A stretch of 64,000 nucleotides of DNA from an uncultured bacterium (GCA_963837395.1 CAWINI010000003.1:519419-583418), one strand, 5' to 3'; counted from the stretch's first letter, positions 19,776-30,287 are shown. The notes: generated by a model from the letters alone, not told the origin. Program-made: numbers and translations.

Positions 19776-21098
19776 CTAATCCTTCTCATCATCATCTCCG
19801 AAGATTTTGTTCCACCAGGAACTATCATCCGGATTACCACTCACCCTGCTCAATCCCATCTTCTTGCGGATCTCATTAACATCCCATCCTGTGGCGTTCG
19901 CCAAAACCTGAGCCTCTTTATCCTGCCTTTTTGCCAATTCTTTTACGTATTGCTTGCCTGCATCGCATGTGATTTTGCCTTTGAATGGATGTTGCAGAAT
20001 GTAGCGGCCCTGATAATTTTCACGATTCGGAGTTGATTGAAATACAAGATCTTCCGGAAAGAGCGGCCGTGAATAGCGCGCATGAATCCGTGTGATGAAA
20101 ACATTATGTTGATTTTGATCATTCAGCCAAAACACTCCAGCTTTCCGCAATTCCTCCGGATTCAATGGTTGATCCGCGCATGGATCGCACCAGGCCATGT
20201 CCCAGGCATACTCAACAAACACTGCATTCTTCCCTTCTTTTTCGTAGGCACGTTGAAACATCGCACGATAAAAATCGGAAAATTCATTTTTGACATAAAT
20301 CGGGATATTGAAATTGGATGGAATGTTTATCGTCCGATAATTTGTAACTTCAGTCCGTCCTACACGAGACAATGCAAAAATAATTAGATCCTGTTCTTTC
20401 TTTGCATTTGCCATACCTAGCCGGATCGGGAGCATGAATTTTGGAGACTCAAATGCCATTTGCAACGGTCGTAAATACGTAAGGCCACGTTTGTCGTATT
20501 CAGCGAGATTCACTTTTGCAACAAAGAACTTTGTATTGCTGCGGATGTATGGTTGCAGCAATTCAGCGGCACCTTGCGGCATCTTATAGCCATTTTGATT
20601 GAGCCACGTTTCAAGACCGGATGATTCCTGAGCGCTTAAAATTACGATGTCGTATTCACCCACCGTGAATTGAGCTTCAATTTTGACTCCTAATGCATCA
20701 ACAGATCGAGATTTTCCCGAGCCTGCAGCATTTGAAGACATTTGGGCTGGTGCCTCCGGATACACCGGAGCACAAGGATCTCTATCAAAATATTCCACCA
20801 GCCGCGGCGCACTGAAAGCATCTAACCGTTCCAAAATTTTTGGATCACCAATATGAACTTGCTCTTTCTTCAATACCACTGGAACCGGCACCACAATCGC
20901 AAAATCTTTTAATTCACCTTGATAATCATTTGCCATTGTCATTACGGTACGATTTTCATCGCGCACCAGTACCACTTTCGAAGCCTGATTGAATAACTTC
21001 GTATCAGCTTTTGCTACAAAAAATCCGCAAAATGAATACGCGTTTGCTGCGATGAATACGCAAACGACGACTAAGAAGGTAAGACGTTTGGCTGACAT
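19776..21098 (-). CDS. DUF2330-family secreted protein, paralog 1
   Basis: Same blocks as its neighbour; GGAGGTGG SD before ATG 21098. Confidence 0.82.
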   Translation of the reverse strand: MSAKRLTFLVVVCVFIAANAYSFCGFFVAKADTKLFNQASKVVLVRDENRTVMTMANDYQGELKDFAIVVPVPVVLKKEQVHIGDPKILERLDAFSAPRLVEYFDRDPCAPVYPEAPAQMSSNAAGSGKSRSVDALGVKIEAQFTVGEYDIVILSAQESSGLETWLNQNGYKMPQGAAELLQPYIRSNTKFFVAKVNLAEYDKRGLTYLRPLQMAFESPKFMLPIRLGMANAKKEQDLIIFALSRVGRTEVTNYRTINIPSNFNIPIYVKNEFSDFYRAMFQRAYEKEGKNAVFVEYAWDMAWCDPCADQPLNPEELRKAGVFWLNDQNQHNVFITRIHARYSRPLFPEDLVFQSTPNRENYQGRYILQHPFKGKITCDAGKQYVKELAKRQDKEAQVLANATGWDVNEIRKKMGLSRVSGNPDDSSWWNKIFGDDDEKD

Positions 21099-21931
21099 TG
21101 AGCCACCTCCGATGCTTTGAACTCCTCTGTGACCTCTGTGGTAATCCATTCAAATCGTTTTGATGGGAAGAATCGATCAAACAAAATTGTCAAAGGTGAT
21201 AATGCAAATAATGCCCAGAAGGGAGCAGTAGGAAGAAAATAATGATTGCGTAAAACGTAAGTCAAAATTGCAACGCACAAAGACCATATAATCCGTGCGA
21301 TTCTGCGATCTGGAATTGCTCGCGGATCGGTGATCATAAAGAATGAAAACAACAATAACGAACCGCTCATCATTTTGTGAACAAAAACATCAGGAGTCCA
21401 ACCGAGCCATTGATTTCGGATGAATTCTAACAGAGCATAGCCTCCCAAAAATGCGCCGGTTGTTTCCCATCTTCCAACTTTTTGTACAACCATCCCGCCG
21501 GTTGCAAAAAATAACAGCACAAACCAAACTTCATTTCCCCATTGACCTGGCGATACCCATGCGTCAGTTGTTAACAATAGAACAAGAATAATTCCGAAGT
21601 TCGATGGATTAAAAAAATGTTTTCCGCGATATCGAAGTAAGAATTTGCTTAGAATCGAAACTGCTCCGGCAATCACCATTGCTGCAACAGAACCTGCGCG
21701 AAGTAAAGCACACAGACTGATTGCTGTAATTAAAGCGCTGCGGATCGAAGGATTTTCGGATGAAAACAATTGATCTGCAATCAGCTGAGTAGCGATTGCG
21801 GAAAGCAGAATCGCGATCATTAATTCAGGGCGAACGGTCCAATCGCGATTAAAAATGCCGAGCATTAAAAACGCAGACAAGAAAAGAATCTGGAAGTCCC
21901 GAGCATCCTTAAAAAGGTTAACCCGCATCAT
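21071..21931 (-). CDS. RnfD/NqrB-like multi-TM membrane protein
   Basis: SKF...KHFFNPSNFG and FFMITDPR motifs of the NqrB/RnfD family; no other rnf or nqr genes. Confidence 0.78.
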   Translation of the reverse strand: MMRVNLFKDARDFQILFLSAFLMLGIFNRDWTVRPELMIAILLSAIATQLIADQLFSSENPSIRSALITAISLCALLRAGSVAAMVIAGAVSILSKFLLRYRGKHFFNPSNFGIILVLLLTTDAWVSPGQWGNEVWFVLLFFATGGMVVQKVGRWETTGAFLGGYALLEFIRNQWLGWTPDVFVHKMMSGSLLLFSFFMITDPRAIPDRRIARIIWSLCVAILTYVLRNHYFLPTAPFWALFALSPLTILFDRFFPSKRFEWITTEVTEEFKASEVAQCQPNVLPS

Positions 21932-21974
21932 GCTTACTTTAACGCCCAACAAGTCTTTAAGACTTACCGCAAAG

Positions 21975-24137
21975 TCACTGAGCCTTAATTCCGTAGACGT
22001 GCCCTAAAGTTCGAATGATAAACATTTTGTCCGAAATGGCCGGCGTAGCCATCGACACTTCATTCATTTTATTCACCGACAAAACTTCATATTCCGGGCC
22101 GGCCTTTACAACATAAATCTCACCATCTTCGCTTGTGAAATAAAGTTTGCCATCTGCGGCAATTGGTGAAGCGGTAAATGCATAACCACTTCCCTGTCCA
22201 CCAAGACGTTTTTGATAAATACGTTCGCCGGTTTTTGCGTTATAGGCTGTCACCACACCGTTGTTAGCGCATGTATACAAGTAGTCTCCATATACAATCG
22301 GTGTCGGCATGTACGGACCCCCGCGTTTTTTGCTCCACGCGATGAATTCGTTCGATTCGGCATCATCTTTCAGTGTGATATCCCCGGTTGCATTCAATTT
22401 GATCGCATAGATCGGCTGAATCGGAGCATATCCGCTGGTAACAAAAATTAAATCGTGGGCCACAAATGGAGTGGGAACTGTGATTTCAGAATTACCGTGA
22501 AGTTTCCATAACTCTTTGCCGGTTTTCACATCATATCCGCGAATAAAATTCGTTCCGTTCGCAACGATCTGAGCACCATCCCTGGTTTGAACAAGTGAAG
22601 GACTGCCCCAGGATGGAACTTCCTCGCGAATTGTTTTCCATACTTGATCACCATTTTTTAAACTAAAAGCTGCAATATAAGAATTCTTTTGCAAATCTGC
22701 TTGAACGATCACAAGATCTTGATAAATGAGTGGCGAGCTGCCATAAGCCCATTGATAATCAGGATCATAAAACCAACCCGCATCTAAAACACCCAGGTCT
22801 TTTTTCCAAACTATATCTCCGTTGAAATTAAAGCAATAAAGTCCACCGAATCCGAAAAGAGCCACAACATTTTTCCCATCAGTTGCCGGAGTAGAATTTG
22901 CTTGTGTTGATTTGGGATGCCGTTTCACATTAGGAACTCCTTCGAAAACAGTTTTTTCCCAAATGATGTTCCCGGTTTTCTTATCCAGTGAATAAATTTT
23001 CCAGGTGTGCTTCGAAAGATCTTTTGATGGTTCTACATCACCATACAGGCCATTTTTCAATTTTGCTTCGGGATCGCTGCTAATCGCAGTTGTAACAAAA
23101 ATATGATCGCCCCAAACGACTGGTGATGAATTAGCCAAACCTGGGATCGGGGTTTTCCACAAAATATTTTTCCCCGCTTCTGCATCCCATTCGATCGGTG
23201 GATATTGACCATCAACTACTCCCGTTGCTCCCACACCGCGAAACGATGGCCAATTTGCGGGCTTGGTGACAGTCATGTTGCTTTGTTCAAGCAGTTTCTT
23301 ATCTGCCGCAATTTTTCCCGGCGTGATTTCAGCAACGGCAGCTTCCTTCGCGCGAGTATAAACTGTTGTACTTCCATCCGGCCGCTTCACAGTGAAATGA
23401 TTTGATTTCCCTTCTTCAGGCTCAAACTGCACAATGTAATCTGCCATCCCATTAAGAAGAAACGTTTTCTCATCTTTTGGTGTTAAACCAAATTCCTGAT
23501 TTTGAACCTGAACTTTTAAGCCGCCTTCCGGATTAGTTATTACGATTTCATCTCCATCAGCATTCTTGAATTTCCCGGAGTAAGATTGCAAAATCTCCGG
23601 AGCTACTTTGACGCCAGCTTCCTTCCTTACTACCGCGCCCGCGTCTTCCAAGATTTTAATCACTGCGTCATTTTTATTTTCATTCGCGATGCCTAGTCCT
23701 TCATTCAATTTTTCCTGCGAAATTTTTGCGTTCGCCATAATCATTCGCAGCGCTTCGGGATCATTCTGATAAATCGTTGATAGGAATGCATCATCCGGAC
23801 TCGCGCCTTTTTGTAAAAGGAACTTCACGATATCGTTATGGCCATTTTCAATTGCCCAGCTGATCGGCGTTGCCTTATAAAATGAATCTTCCGCATTTAC
23901 ATCCGCACCATGCTCAACCAAAAATTGCACTGCATCGAGATGACCTTTGCTGCAGGCAAATCCAAGCGCTGTAACTCCATACCTGTTCTTGGAATCTACA
24001 GCCACACCCTGGTCTAACAATTTCTTTAATTCAGCTACATCCCCTTTTTTAGCTGCTTCCAAAAATTGATCGGCTAATTGATCGGCAAACAAAATTCCGC
24101 TAAAAAGGATGAGAGTGATAACGCATAGAGTCTTCAT
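21975..24137 (-). CDS. Secreted ankyrin-repeat + PQQ-like beta-propeller protein
   Basis: Ankyrin repeats (GVTALGFA, ATPISWA), then NWPSFRG and repeated DxxTGxxxW blades. Confidence 0.85.
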   Translation of the reverse strand: MKTLCVITLILFSGILFADQLADQFLEAAKKGDVAELKKLLDQGVAVDSKNRYGVTALGFACSKGHLDAVQFLVEHGADVNAEDSFYKATPISWAIENGHNDIVKFLLQKGASPDDAFLSTIYQNDPEALRMIMANAKISQEKLNEGLGIANENKNDAVIKILEDAGAVVRKEAGVKVAPEILQSYSGKFKNADGDEIVITNPEGGLKVQVQNQEFGLTPKDEKTFLLNGMADYIVQFEPEEGKSNHFTVKRPDGSTTVYTRAKEAAVAEITPGKIAADKKLLEQSNMTVTKPANWPSFRGVGATGVVDGQYPPIEWDAEAGKNILWKTPIPGLANSSPVVWGDHIFVTTAISSDPEAKLKNGLYGDVEPSKDLSKHTWKIYSLDKKTGNIIWEKTVFEGVPNVKRHPKSTQANSTPATDGKNVVALFGFGGLYCFNFNGDIVWKKDLGVLDAGWFYDPDYQWAYGSSPLIYQDLVIVQADLQKNSYIAAFSLKNGDQVWKTIREEVPSWGSPSLVQTRDGAQIVANGTNFIRGYDVKTGKELWKLHGNSEITVPTPFVAHDLIFVTSGYAPIQPIYAIKLNATGDITLKDDAESNEFIAWSKKRGGPYMPTPIVYGDYLYTCANNGVVTAYNAKTGERIYQKRLGGQGSGYAFTASPIAADGKLYFTSEDGEIYVVKAGPEYEVLSVNKMNEVSMATPAISDKMFIIRTLGHVYGIKAQ

Positions 24138-24156
24138 AGACGCTCCAAAGAAATTT

Positions 24157-24240
24157 CGTAAAACGTAATACGTAAAACGTAAAAGGAGATCCGAGCGTTT
24201 TTACGTTTTAAGTTTTACGTTTTACGTTTTACGTTTTACG
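24157..24240. repeat. Inverted heptamer array (CGTAAAA)n / (TTTTACG)n
   Basis: 4 units, spacer with gagcg, 6 reverse units. Confidence 0.92.
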
Positions 24241-24247
24241 GAGTTGA

Positions 24248-26335
24248 TTAACTCCAGGGTTCGATTGTTTCAACTACCCAGCTTTCATCATTCCATTCGA
24301 TTTTCTCACCGGGTAATTTCCCCAACAAAATTGTCCCAATTTTTGCTTGATAAGAATAGATTCCTTGCTGCGGATTCGAATCCCACGGACCAAGAAGAGT
24401 TAATACCATCCGCTTATCACCGGGCTGACCTAACACAATTCGCGTTCCAGGTCTCACTTCACTGCAATCAACTTGCCCCGGCTCCAAAACACGAACTCGA
24501 TTTAATTCATTTTGCAATGCAGCTACACGATTAATTAAATATTCCTGCCGTTCTCTGGCTGCCTTGTACTCAAAATTTTCACGCAAATCGCCATGCGCAG
24601 CCGCTTCACCAATTGCTTTACGATTTGTAGGCAGTTCAACTTTGATTAAATTTTCAAGCTCCGCACGTTTTATTTCGAAGGCTTCACGCGTGCTGAAAAT
24701 CCAATCTTCTTTTTTCTTCATTTCAGGAACACGCATTCGGATAACATTCTTCCATCGATCTTTGCGATAATCTTCTAGATGTATAGTGTGATCCAGCATG
24801 TCCATTGATTTTTGTCCAACATCCGGATTCAGAGTGTGAGACAAAATGTTCATTAACAGGCCACTTTCTATTGCCTTCTTTATTCGATTGCGATTTTTGG
24901 AAAATTCAGTTGCGTCAATTGCTTCAATCACCGGTAAAATGAATTTGCCTTCCAATCGGGTCAAAAATAGCGGTCTCGCCTTTTCATCTGCAGCCATTTC
25001 ACAAAACCATGTAAACGCGGCCGGACTCAATGACGGACTTGCCACAACCCGATTCAATACCTGATCTGCAGATTCCGAAGCCTCAGATACAAGTTTTTCT
25101 AACATCAGGCTCAATACTTTTGGATTCTCTTCACGGAAAAAATGTTGGGAATAGATTTGAACCCAGTTATCTGAAAACAACTCGCGATAGGCCATCAGTA
25201 CTTTTGTTTTTTGAGCTTGATTATCCACCCGAGTCAACACTTCAGTGGGATTTGCTTCGCGCAGGATCCGTTCAAATGTATACGGCAGTTGATTGATTTT
25301 ATCCGGCCAGCGCTGAAATACGTCCAATATATCTAACGCGGTATCCCACTTTTTCGTTTCAAAAGCATTTGAAGCTTCATGGATTAATGCATCAGCAAAA
25401 TAATTTGTAAGTTCAGAACTTCTGCCGGCAAGGGCCTTTGCCATTGCAATCCGTTCTTTGGTTTTGACTGAATCGAATTCTTTCTTCGTTTGTTCTTCAG
25501 CTTCCGATGCTGATCCACTCCAGGAATACAACGCTTGTGCACCTTTTCCGATCGTAACAATTTGCGGATTCTTACGCGCTGCGGTCCACCAACGCGACCA
25601 ACTTCCTTCGCCGACAACTTTGTTCAAACAATCTTTAATTTCACTAACAGTCATCGGGCGATCGAACGTTTGCAGCAATCTTCCAAGAGCTCCACCCGGA
25701 TCCGCTTCCGCCTCTTGCTGAAGTTTCGGCAATGCCATTACCTTTTCGCGCAAAATATGACCTTCTTCAAGCAAAAGAACTTCCGGATCTCCGAATTGAA
25801 CCGTAACATCCGATTTTTTTTCGAAATCAATTCTTACAACACGTAACTTTAAATTGATTTCAGTTACCTGACCGGTTCCGTATCCTTGTTGGTAAAACGG
25901 TTGTCCAACATCATAACGGAGTGCTTCTTCCGATTTTTCAACACTTGAAACCAATTCTTCCGGATTCAAAATTTCCTGAACGGAATAAAAGCGAAAAATT
26001 GAATCAATTGAAGGTCGTTGCAAATAAACGTGGCTTAGAGTTTCGCGAAACTGATCTTTAACATCATCAAGTTTTTTGGGATCTAAAGTGTGCCGCGTTA
26101 TTTCTTTCAATATCCGCAGATGATCAGACCATCTTTGATGTTCTCGAAGATGTTCATCAAGCAGATTCATCAAGACAGCAGCGCGCTGTTTTTCGTGTCT
26201 TCGGCCTAGCTGCCTTGCGCAATCAAGAAGGTCCAGAAGATCAAACTCGCCGCGTTCTAAAATTTCCAGCCAATAGACTTCCAGATCATCAAGTTGATTA
26301 TTGTCTAGAAGGTCTTGAAGGTTTTTATCGTTCAT
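24248..26335 (-). CDS. greA: Extended GreA/GreB-family factor (~695 aa)
   Basis: C-terminal HGDLRENFEYKAA and LGPWDS..SYQAKIG; long N-terminal extension; start MNDKNL overlaps the upstream stop. Confidence 0.85.
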   Translation of the reverse strand: MNDKNLQDLLDNNQLDDLEVYWLEILERGEFDLLDLLDCARQLGRRHEKQRAAVLMNLLDEHLREHQRWSDHLRILKEITRHTLDPKKLDDVKDQFRETLSHVYLQRPSIDSIFRFYSVQEILNPEELVSSVEKSEEALRYDVGQPFYQQGYGTGQVTEINLKLRVVRIDFEKKSDVTVQFGDPEVLLLEEGHILREKVMALPKLQQEAEADPGGALGRLLQTFDRPMTVSEIKDCLNKVVGEGSWSRWWTAARKNPQIVTIGKGAQALYSWSGSASEAEEQTKKEFDSVKTKERIAMAKALAGRSSELTNYFADALIHEASNAFETKKWDTALDILDVFQRWPDKINQLPYTFERILREANPTEVLTRVDNQAQKTKVLMAYRELFSDNWVQIYSQHFFREENPKVLSLMLEKLVSEASESADQVLNRVVASPSLSPAAFTWFCEMAADEKARPLFLTRLEGKFILPVIEAIDATEFSKNRNRIKKAIESGLLMNILSHTLNPDVGQKSMDMLDHTIHLEDYRKDRWKNVIRMRVPEMKKKEDWIFSTREAFEIKRAELENLIKVELPTNRKAIGEAAAHGDLRENFEYKAARERQEYLINRVAALQNELNRVRVLEPGQVDCSEVRPGTRIVLGQPGDKRMVLTLLGPWDSNPQQGIYSYQAKIGTILLGKLPGEKIEWNDESWVVETIEPWS

Positions 26336-26912
26336 TGTTCCGTGAATGACGCCTTGCCCTGTTACGTTCCGCCACCCACGTACGATATTTACCCCAGAGT
26401 ACGCCGCCCATCTTTGGGAGCTTCGTTCCATTCCTCTCGCGCTTGCTCAATTCATGAAATAAAACCGGGCCAGTCAAAGAACCATCCTGGTACATTTGCA
26501 ATAAAGTTTCAGCAGGCAAATCGGATAAACTTCGTTCATCTGCTTCGGCCCCGCGTCTGATTACACGAAGTCGGTCCCGGTCTCTTTCCGAATGTTGAGT
26601 ATGAGCTTCGGGGACGGGTTCATTTTTTTCTTTAAATCGCAGATAAACCTGTTTTGGTAATAGCCCGCGCCGGTAATAATGTTCAATGGAACGCGTAAAA
26701 TCTTCTAGATCCTGATTATTGGATTTCACTGCATCATGAATCAGGATAAGCCGTTCCACAAGCATCATTACTCGATTTTCATATTTGATCATTTGCGGAG
26801 CTGAAAGCTTTCCTCCACGATTTACGTACGCATCATGCCGCCTTAACTCCTGGGCAAATGTATTTCCTGCAGTATCGAAATAGGGCAGTTCCTCAAAATC
26901 ATCTCGATTCAT
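26325..26912 (-). CDS. Hypothetical protein coupled to greA
   Basis: 195-aa ORF with GAGGA upstream; 3' end overlaps the greA start. Confidence 0.7.
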   Translation of the reverse strand: MNRDDFEELPYFDTAGNTFAQELRRHDAYVNRGGKLSAPQMIKYENRVMMLVERLILIHDAVKSNNQDLEDFTRSIEHYYRRGLLPKQVYLRFKEKNEPVPEAHTQHSERDRDRLRVIRRGAEADERSLSDLPAETLLQMYQDGSLTGPVLFHELSKRERNGTKLPKMGGVLWGKYRTWVAERNRARRHSRNNER

Positions 26913-27065
26913 TTTTTTCTTTCGTCCTCTCTTTTAATGGTAGGTCTAAATGAAACCACACACCATATTCTACTATGTCGACAAAGTCTCGAGAATAAGG
27001 GCTTACACAACCCGAATCTTCGCTTTTTCTTTGCCTCTGTTGTAAAAATGGATTACATTATTAAC

Positions 27066-28130
27066 ATGCCTGATCGAATTCAAGGACGCGGCGCTAGTTA
27101 CAATCCTCAGAATCGTTTTGAAAAATTGAAAATTGATTACAGCTCCGATGATTTTGAACCTTTCGAAGATAAACCAAAAGTTGAAACGATTTATTATCAC
27201 GATTCAACACGATCAATTCTGGCGAAAAATGATAGCCCGGATGTGCCATTCACTTTCAGCGTAAATCCATATCGCGGCTGCGAACATGGTTGCATATATT
27301 GTTACGCTCGGCCAAGTCATGAGTGGCTGGGATTTTCCGCAGGTCTCGATTTCGAAACTCGAATTCTGGTGAAAATGGATGCGCCAAAATTATTGGCGGA
27401 AGCGTTAGCCGATCCGAAATTTGAACCACAGGTTATTGCAATGTGCGGCAATACTGATTGTTATCAGCCGGTTGAACGTAAATTGAAACTTACCCGCGGA
27501 TGTTTGGAGCAATTCCTTCAGTTTCGAAATCCAGTAGGTGTTATTACGAAAAATTCTTTGGTCATTCGTGATATAGATGTGCTTCAAGATCTTGCGCAGC
27601 TGAAATTAGTTCATGTCACCTTATCAATTACAAGTCTTGATCCGAAATTAATTTCCAAGATGGAACCCAGAACTGCATCACCACAAAATCGATTGAACGC
27701 AGTTAAAGCCTTAAGTGATGCCGGAATTCCCGTTGGAGTGAACGTTGCTCCGATTATTCCGGGATTAACTGACAGCGAGATACCGGAAATTTTGAAACGT
27801 GCTGCGGATCATGGTGCTAAAGGTGCGGCTTACATTATTATGCGGCTTCCTTATGCGGTTAAAGAGTTATTTGTCGAATGGGTACAAAGAGAATTTCCTG
27901 AAAAAGCTGACAAAGTATTGAATCGGATTCGGGAAGTTCGCGGGGGAAATTTGAGCGATCCACATTTTCATACCCGAATGACTGGCGAAGGAGAACTCGC
28001 GAAAATGATTCAAGCTTTGTTTGAAACTTCATGCAAGAAATTTGGGCTCGATTCCGATGACGATGATGAGAATGATGACGAGTTGACGATCAAAACTTTT
28101 ATACGGCCTGGCCAGATGGACCTGTTTTAA
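27066..28130 (+). CDS. PA0069-family radical SAM protein
   Basis: GRGA..N..NRF, NPYRGCEHGCIYCYARPSH, TDCYQPVE, C-terminal QMDLF. Confidence 0.9.
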   Translation: MPDRIQGRGASYNPQNRFEKLKIDYSSDDFEPFEDKPKVETIYYHDSTRSILAKNDSPDVPFTFSVNPYRGCEHGCIYCYARPSHEWLGFSAGLDFETRILVKMDAPKLLAEALADPKFEPQVIAMCGNTDCYQPVERKLKLTRGCLEQFLQFRNPVGVITKNSLVIRDIDVLQDLAQLKLVHVTLSITSLDPKLISKMEPRTASPQNRLNAVKALSDAGIPVGVNVAPIIPGLTDSEIPEILKRAADHGAKGAAYIIMRLPYAVKELFVEWVQREFPEKADKVLNRIREVRGGNLSDPHFHTRMTGEGELAKMIQALFETSCKKFGLDSDDDDENDDELTIKTFIRPGQMDLF

Positions 28131-28977
28131 TCTCAGTGTCTTTGTGGTTGGTTTGTTTTAATCCGATAATTCCTACAACAAAGAACACCAAACCCAACGC
28201 ATCAAACCAATGTGGTTGAAATTGAACCGCATTATTCGCGGCAGTGGTAGTAAAGCCAGGAATATCTACTTTAAGAATTCGCATCGTAACAAATGGAATC
28301 GCATTAAAAGTTGCATGGCAAATTACACATAACATCAGTGAGCCTGATTTTAATCTTACCCATGCCAAAAACAGCGCAAGCAGAAAAATATTTAATGCGA
28401 CAATCGCTCCGACCGGTAAATGAACCAGCGCGAAAAGAATTGAAGACGTCAGAACTGCAGTTGTTAGCTTATAGTGTCGCGCGAGGCCTTCTAAAATAAT
28501 TCCGCGGAATAACGTTTCCTCAACTATTGGCGCTACTAACAATACCGTGATGAAAACACCGGGCAAATCATCCTGCATAAGAGTGTCGATGATTTTTGAA
28601 TCAGTTGGAATCGGAAAATAGCGATTCAAAATATTGTTCAGTTCTGAAGAAAGAATTGCAATTCCAATGATCGAAAATATTCCCGCCATAATGATTGGTG
28701 GGTTCGGTAAATGATCGAGCAACATCGAATGCAAGGAAAAGCCATTCATGTAAGCGCCTATTGCCAATGTAATTCCGCCGGCAATTCCGTTCAGCACACA
28801 AAAGTGATACCACCTCAATTGCTCAGGTCTGAGTCCACTGACTCGATCAATTACCCAGTAAATCCAAAGCTGCAAGACAGCGAACAGGATTACCAATGCA
28901 AAGGAATGAGCGATGGTAAATCGCCAGTGTTTATGCTCAGCTTGTTTTGTTGTTTCCTGAATTTCTGGTTCATCCAT
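28099..28977 (-). CDS. CPBP (CAAX/Abi) intramembrane metalloprotease
   Basis: EETLFRG, FALVH, HATFN. Confidence 0.88.
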   Translation of the reverse strand: MDEPEIQETTKQAEHKHWRFTIAHSFALVILFAVLQLWIYWVIDRVSGLRPEQLRWYHFCVLNGIAGGITLAIGAYMNGFSLHSMLLDHLPNPPIIMAGIFSIIGIAILSSELNNILNRYFPIPTDSKIIDTLMQDDLPGVFITVLLVAPIVEETLFRGIILEGLARHYKLTTAVLTSSILFALVHLPVGAIVALNIFLLALFLAWVRLKSGSLMLCVICHATFNAIPFVTMRILKVDIPGFTTTAANNAVQFQPHWFDALGLVFFVVGIIGLKQTNHKDTEIKTGPSGQAV

Positions 28978-29024
28978 AAGCGATAACTATAACTAAAAAG
29001 AATGCACGTGCCAAAGAAAATCCG

Positions 29025-29100
29025 AATCGTACTCGTACTCTTAGTCCCACTGAAAAACTCGATTAAGAGAGAGATTACGAGTACGAGTACGAAAACGATT
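29025..29100. repeat. Inverted hexamer array (CGTACT)n / (AGTACG)n
   Basis: aatcgtactcgtactc ... gattacgagtacgagtacgaaaacgatt. Confidence 0.8.
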
Positions 29101-29121
29101 TCAAGGTACAATGGAAGTACT

Positions 29122-30240
29122 ATGAAAATCGAACTTTTCAAAATGGAACGCATGCAATCAACCTGGGAAAACCTGGTTGAATATAACCTTTCAGAAAGCG
29201 GTGTCCATCCAATGACGCTGCGTGAATTGGTAGAAGATGATGGTATTGTCGTAGAGCGATTGTTGAAACAGGAACTCGGTTATGTTCAATCCAATGGAAC
29301 TCCCGAATTACGAGACAAAATTTCGCAGCTATATCCGGGGGCAACGAGAGACCATGTGCTTGTCACCAACGGAACGGCGGAAGCAAATTTGATTTCAGCA
29401 TTACGTCTGACTGACCGTGATGATGAAATCGTTTTGATGCTGCCGAACTACATGCAGCTGTGGGGGCTTACACGCGCTTTAGGTGGAAATGTCCGGCCAT
29501 TTTATTTGCGCGAAGAGAATGCCTGGCATCCAGATCTTGATGAATTGCGTTCGCTCGTTTCAAAACGGACGAAATTAATTGCAGTTTGTAATCCTAATAA
29601 TCCAACCGGTGCGATTCTGACTCAGACCGAAATGGATGAAATGATTCGAGTTGCTGATTCTTGCGGCGCATGGTTGCTGGCCGACGAAGTATATCGCGGA
29701 GCAGAATTGGAAGGTTCTGAATCCAAAAGTTTTTGGGGAAAGTATGATCGTACAATCATCACTTCCGGATTATCAAAAGCTTATGGCATTCCAGGACTTC
29801 GTATTGGTTGGATCATTGGCGCACCTGAATTCATTGCAGAATGCTGGTCATATCATGATTACACTACAATCGGTACATCGATTTTGAGCGATATCTTAGC
29901 AAGAGTTGCATTGGAACCAACGAAGCGGCAGAAAATTTTGGAACGAACCCGGGGTATTCTTCGCACAAATTTTCCGGTGCTGCAGGATTGGATCGCGAAT
30001 CATGGATCGATGTTTTCGATGATTGCACCGCAAGCGGGAGCAATTGCATATTTCAAGTACAAGTTAAATGTGAATTCTACTGAGCTTGTGGAAAAACTCC
30101 GGAAGGAAAAAAGCGTACTGATTGTTCCTGGGGATCATTTTGGGATGGATCGTTATCTGCGCATCGGTTACGGTTCACCCGCAGATTATGTAAAAGCTGG
30201 CCTTGATCGTATCCACCAAACGCTGCTCGAATACGTGTAA
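29122..30240 (+). CDS. Class I/II PLP aminotransferase
   Basis: CNPNNPTG, DEVY, GLSKAYGIPGLRIGW; start inferred at MKIELF. Confidence 0.9.
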   Translation: MKIELFKMERMQSTWENLVEYNLSESGVHPMTLRELVEDDGIVVERLLKQELGYVQSNGTPELRDKISQLYPGATRDHVLVTNGTAEANLISALRLTDRDDEIVLMLPNYMQLWGLTRALGGNVRPFYLREENAWHPDLDELRSLVSKRTKLIAVCNPNNPTGAILTQTEMDEMIRVADSCGAWLLADEVYRGAELEGSESKSFWGKYDRTIITSGLSKAYGIPGLRIGWIIGAPEFIAECWSYHDYTTIGTSILSDILARVALEPTKRQKILERTRGILRTNFPVLQDWIANHGSMFSMIAPQAGAIAYFKYKLNVNSTELVEKLRKEKSVLIVPGDHFGMDRYLRIGYGSPADYVKAGLDRIHQTLLEYV

Positions 30241-30284
30241 CTCTGTGTTTCTGTGGTAAAAAATTTAACCGCAAAAACACAGAG
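30241..30284. repeat. Back-to-back ACCACAGA-type half elements forming a hairpin
   Basis: ctctgtgtttctgtggtaaa/ttaaccgcaaaaacacagag between convergent genes. Confidence 0.75.
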
Positions 30285-30287
30285 GAT

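Noticed and set aside
29002-29121. N-terminal extension of the aminotransferase (also greA 26336-26431, gcvT 13518-13571, DUF2330 21099-21149)
   Set aside because: These extensions run through repeats, intergenic DNA or neighbouring genes; family-typical starts are downstream
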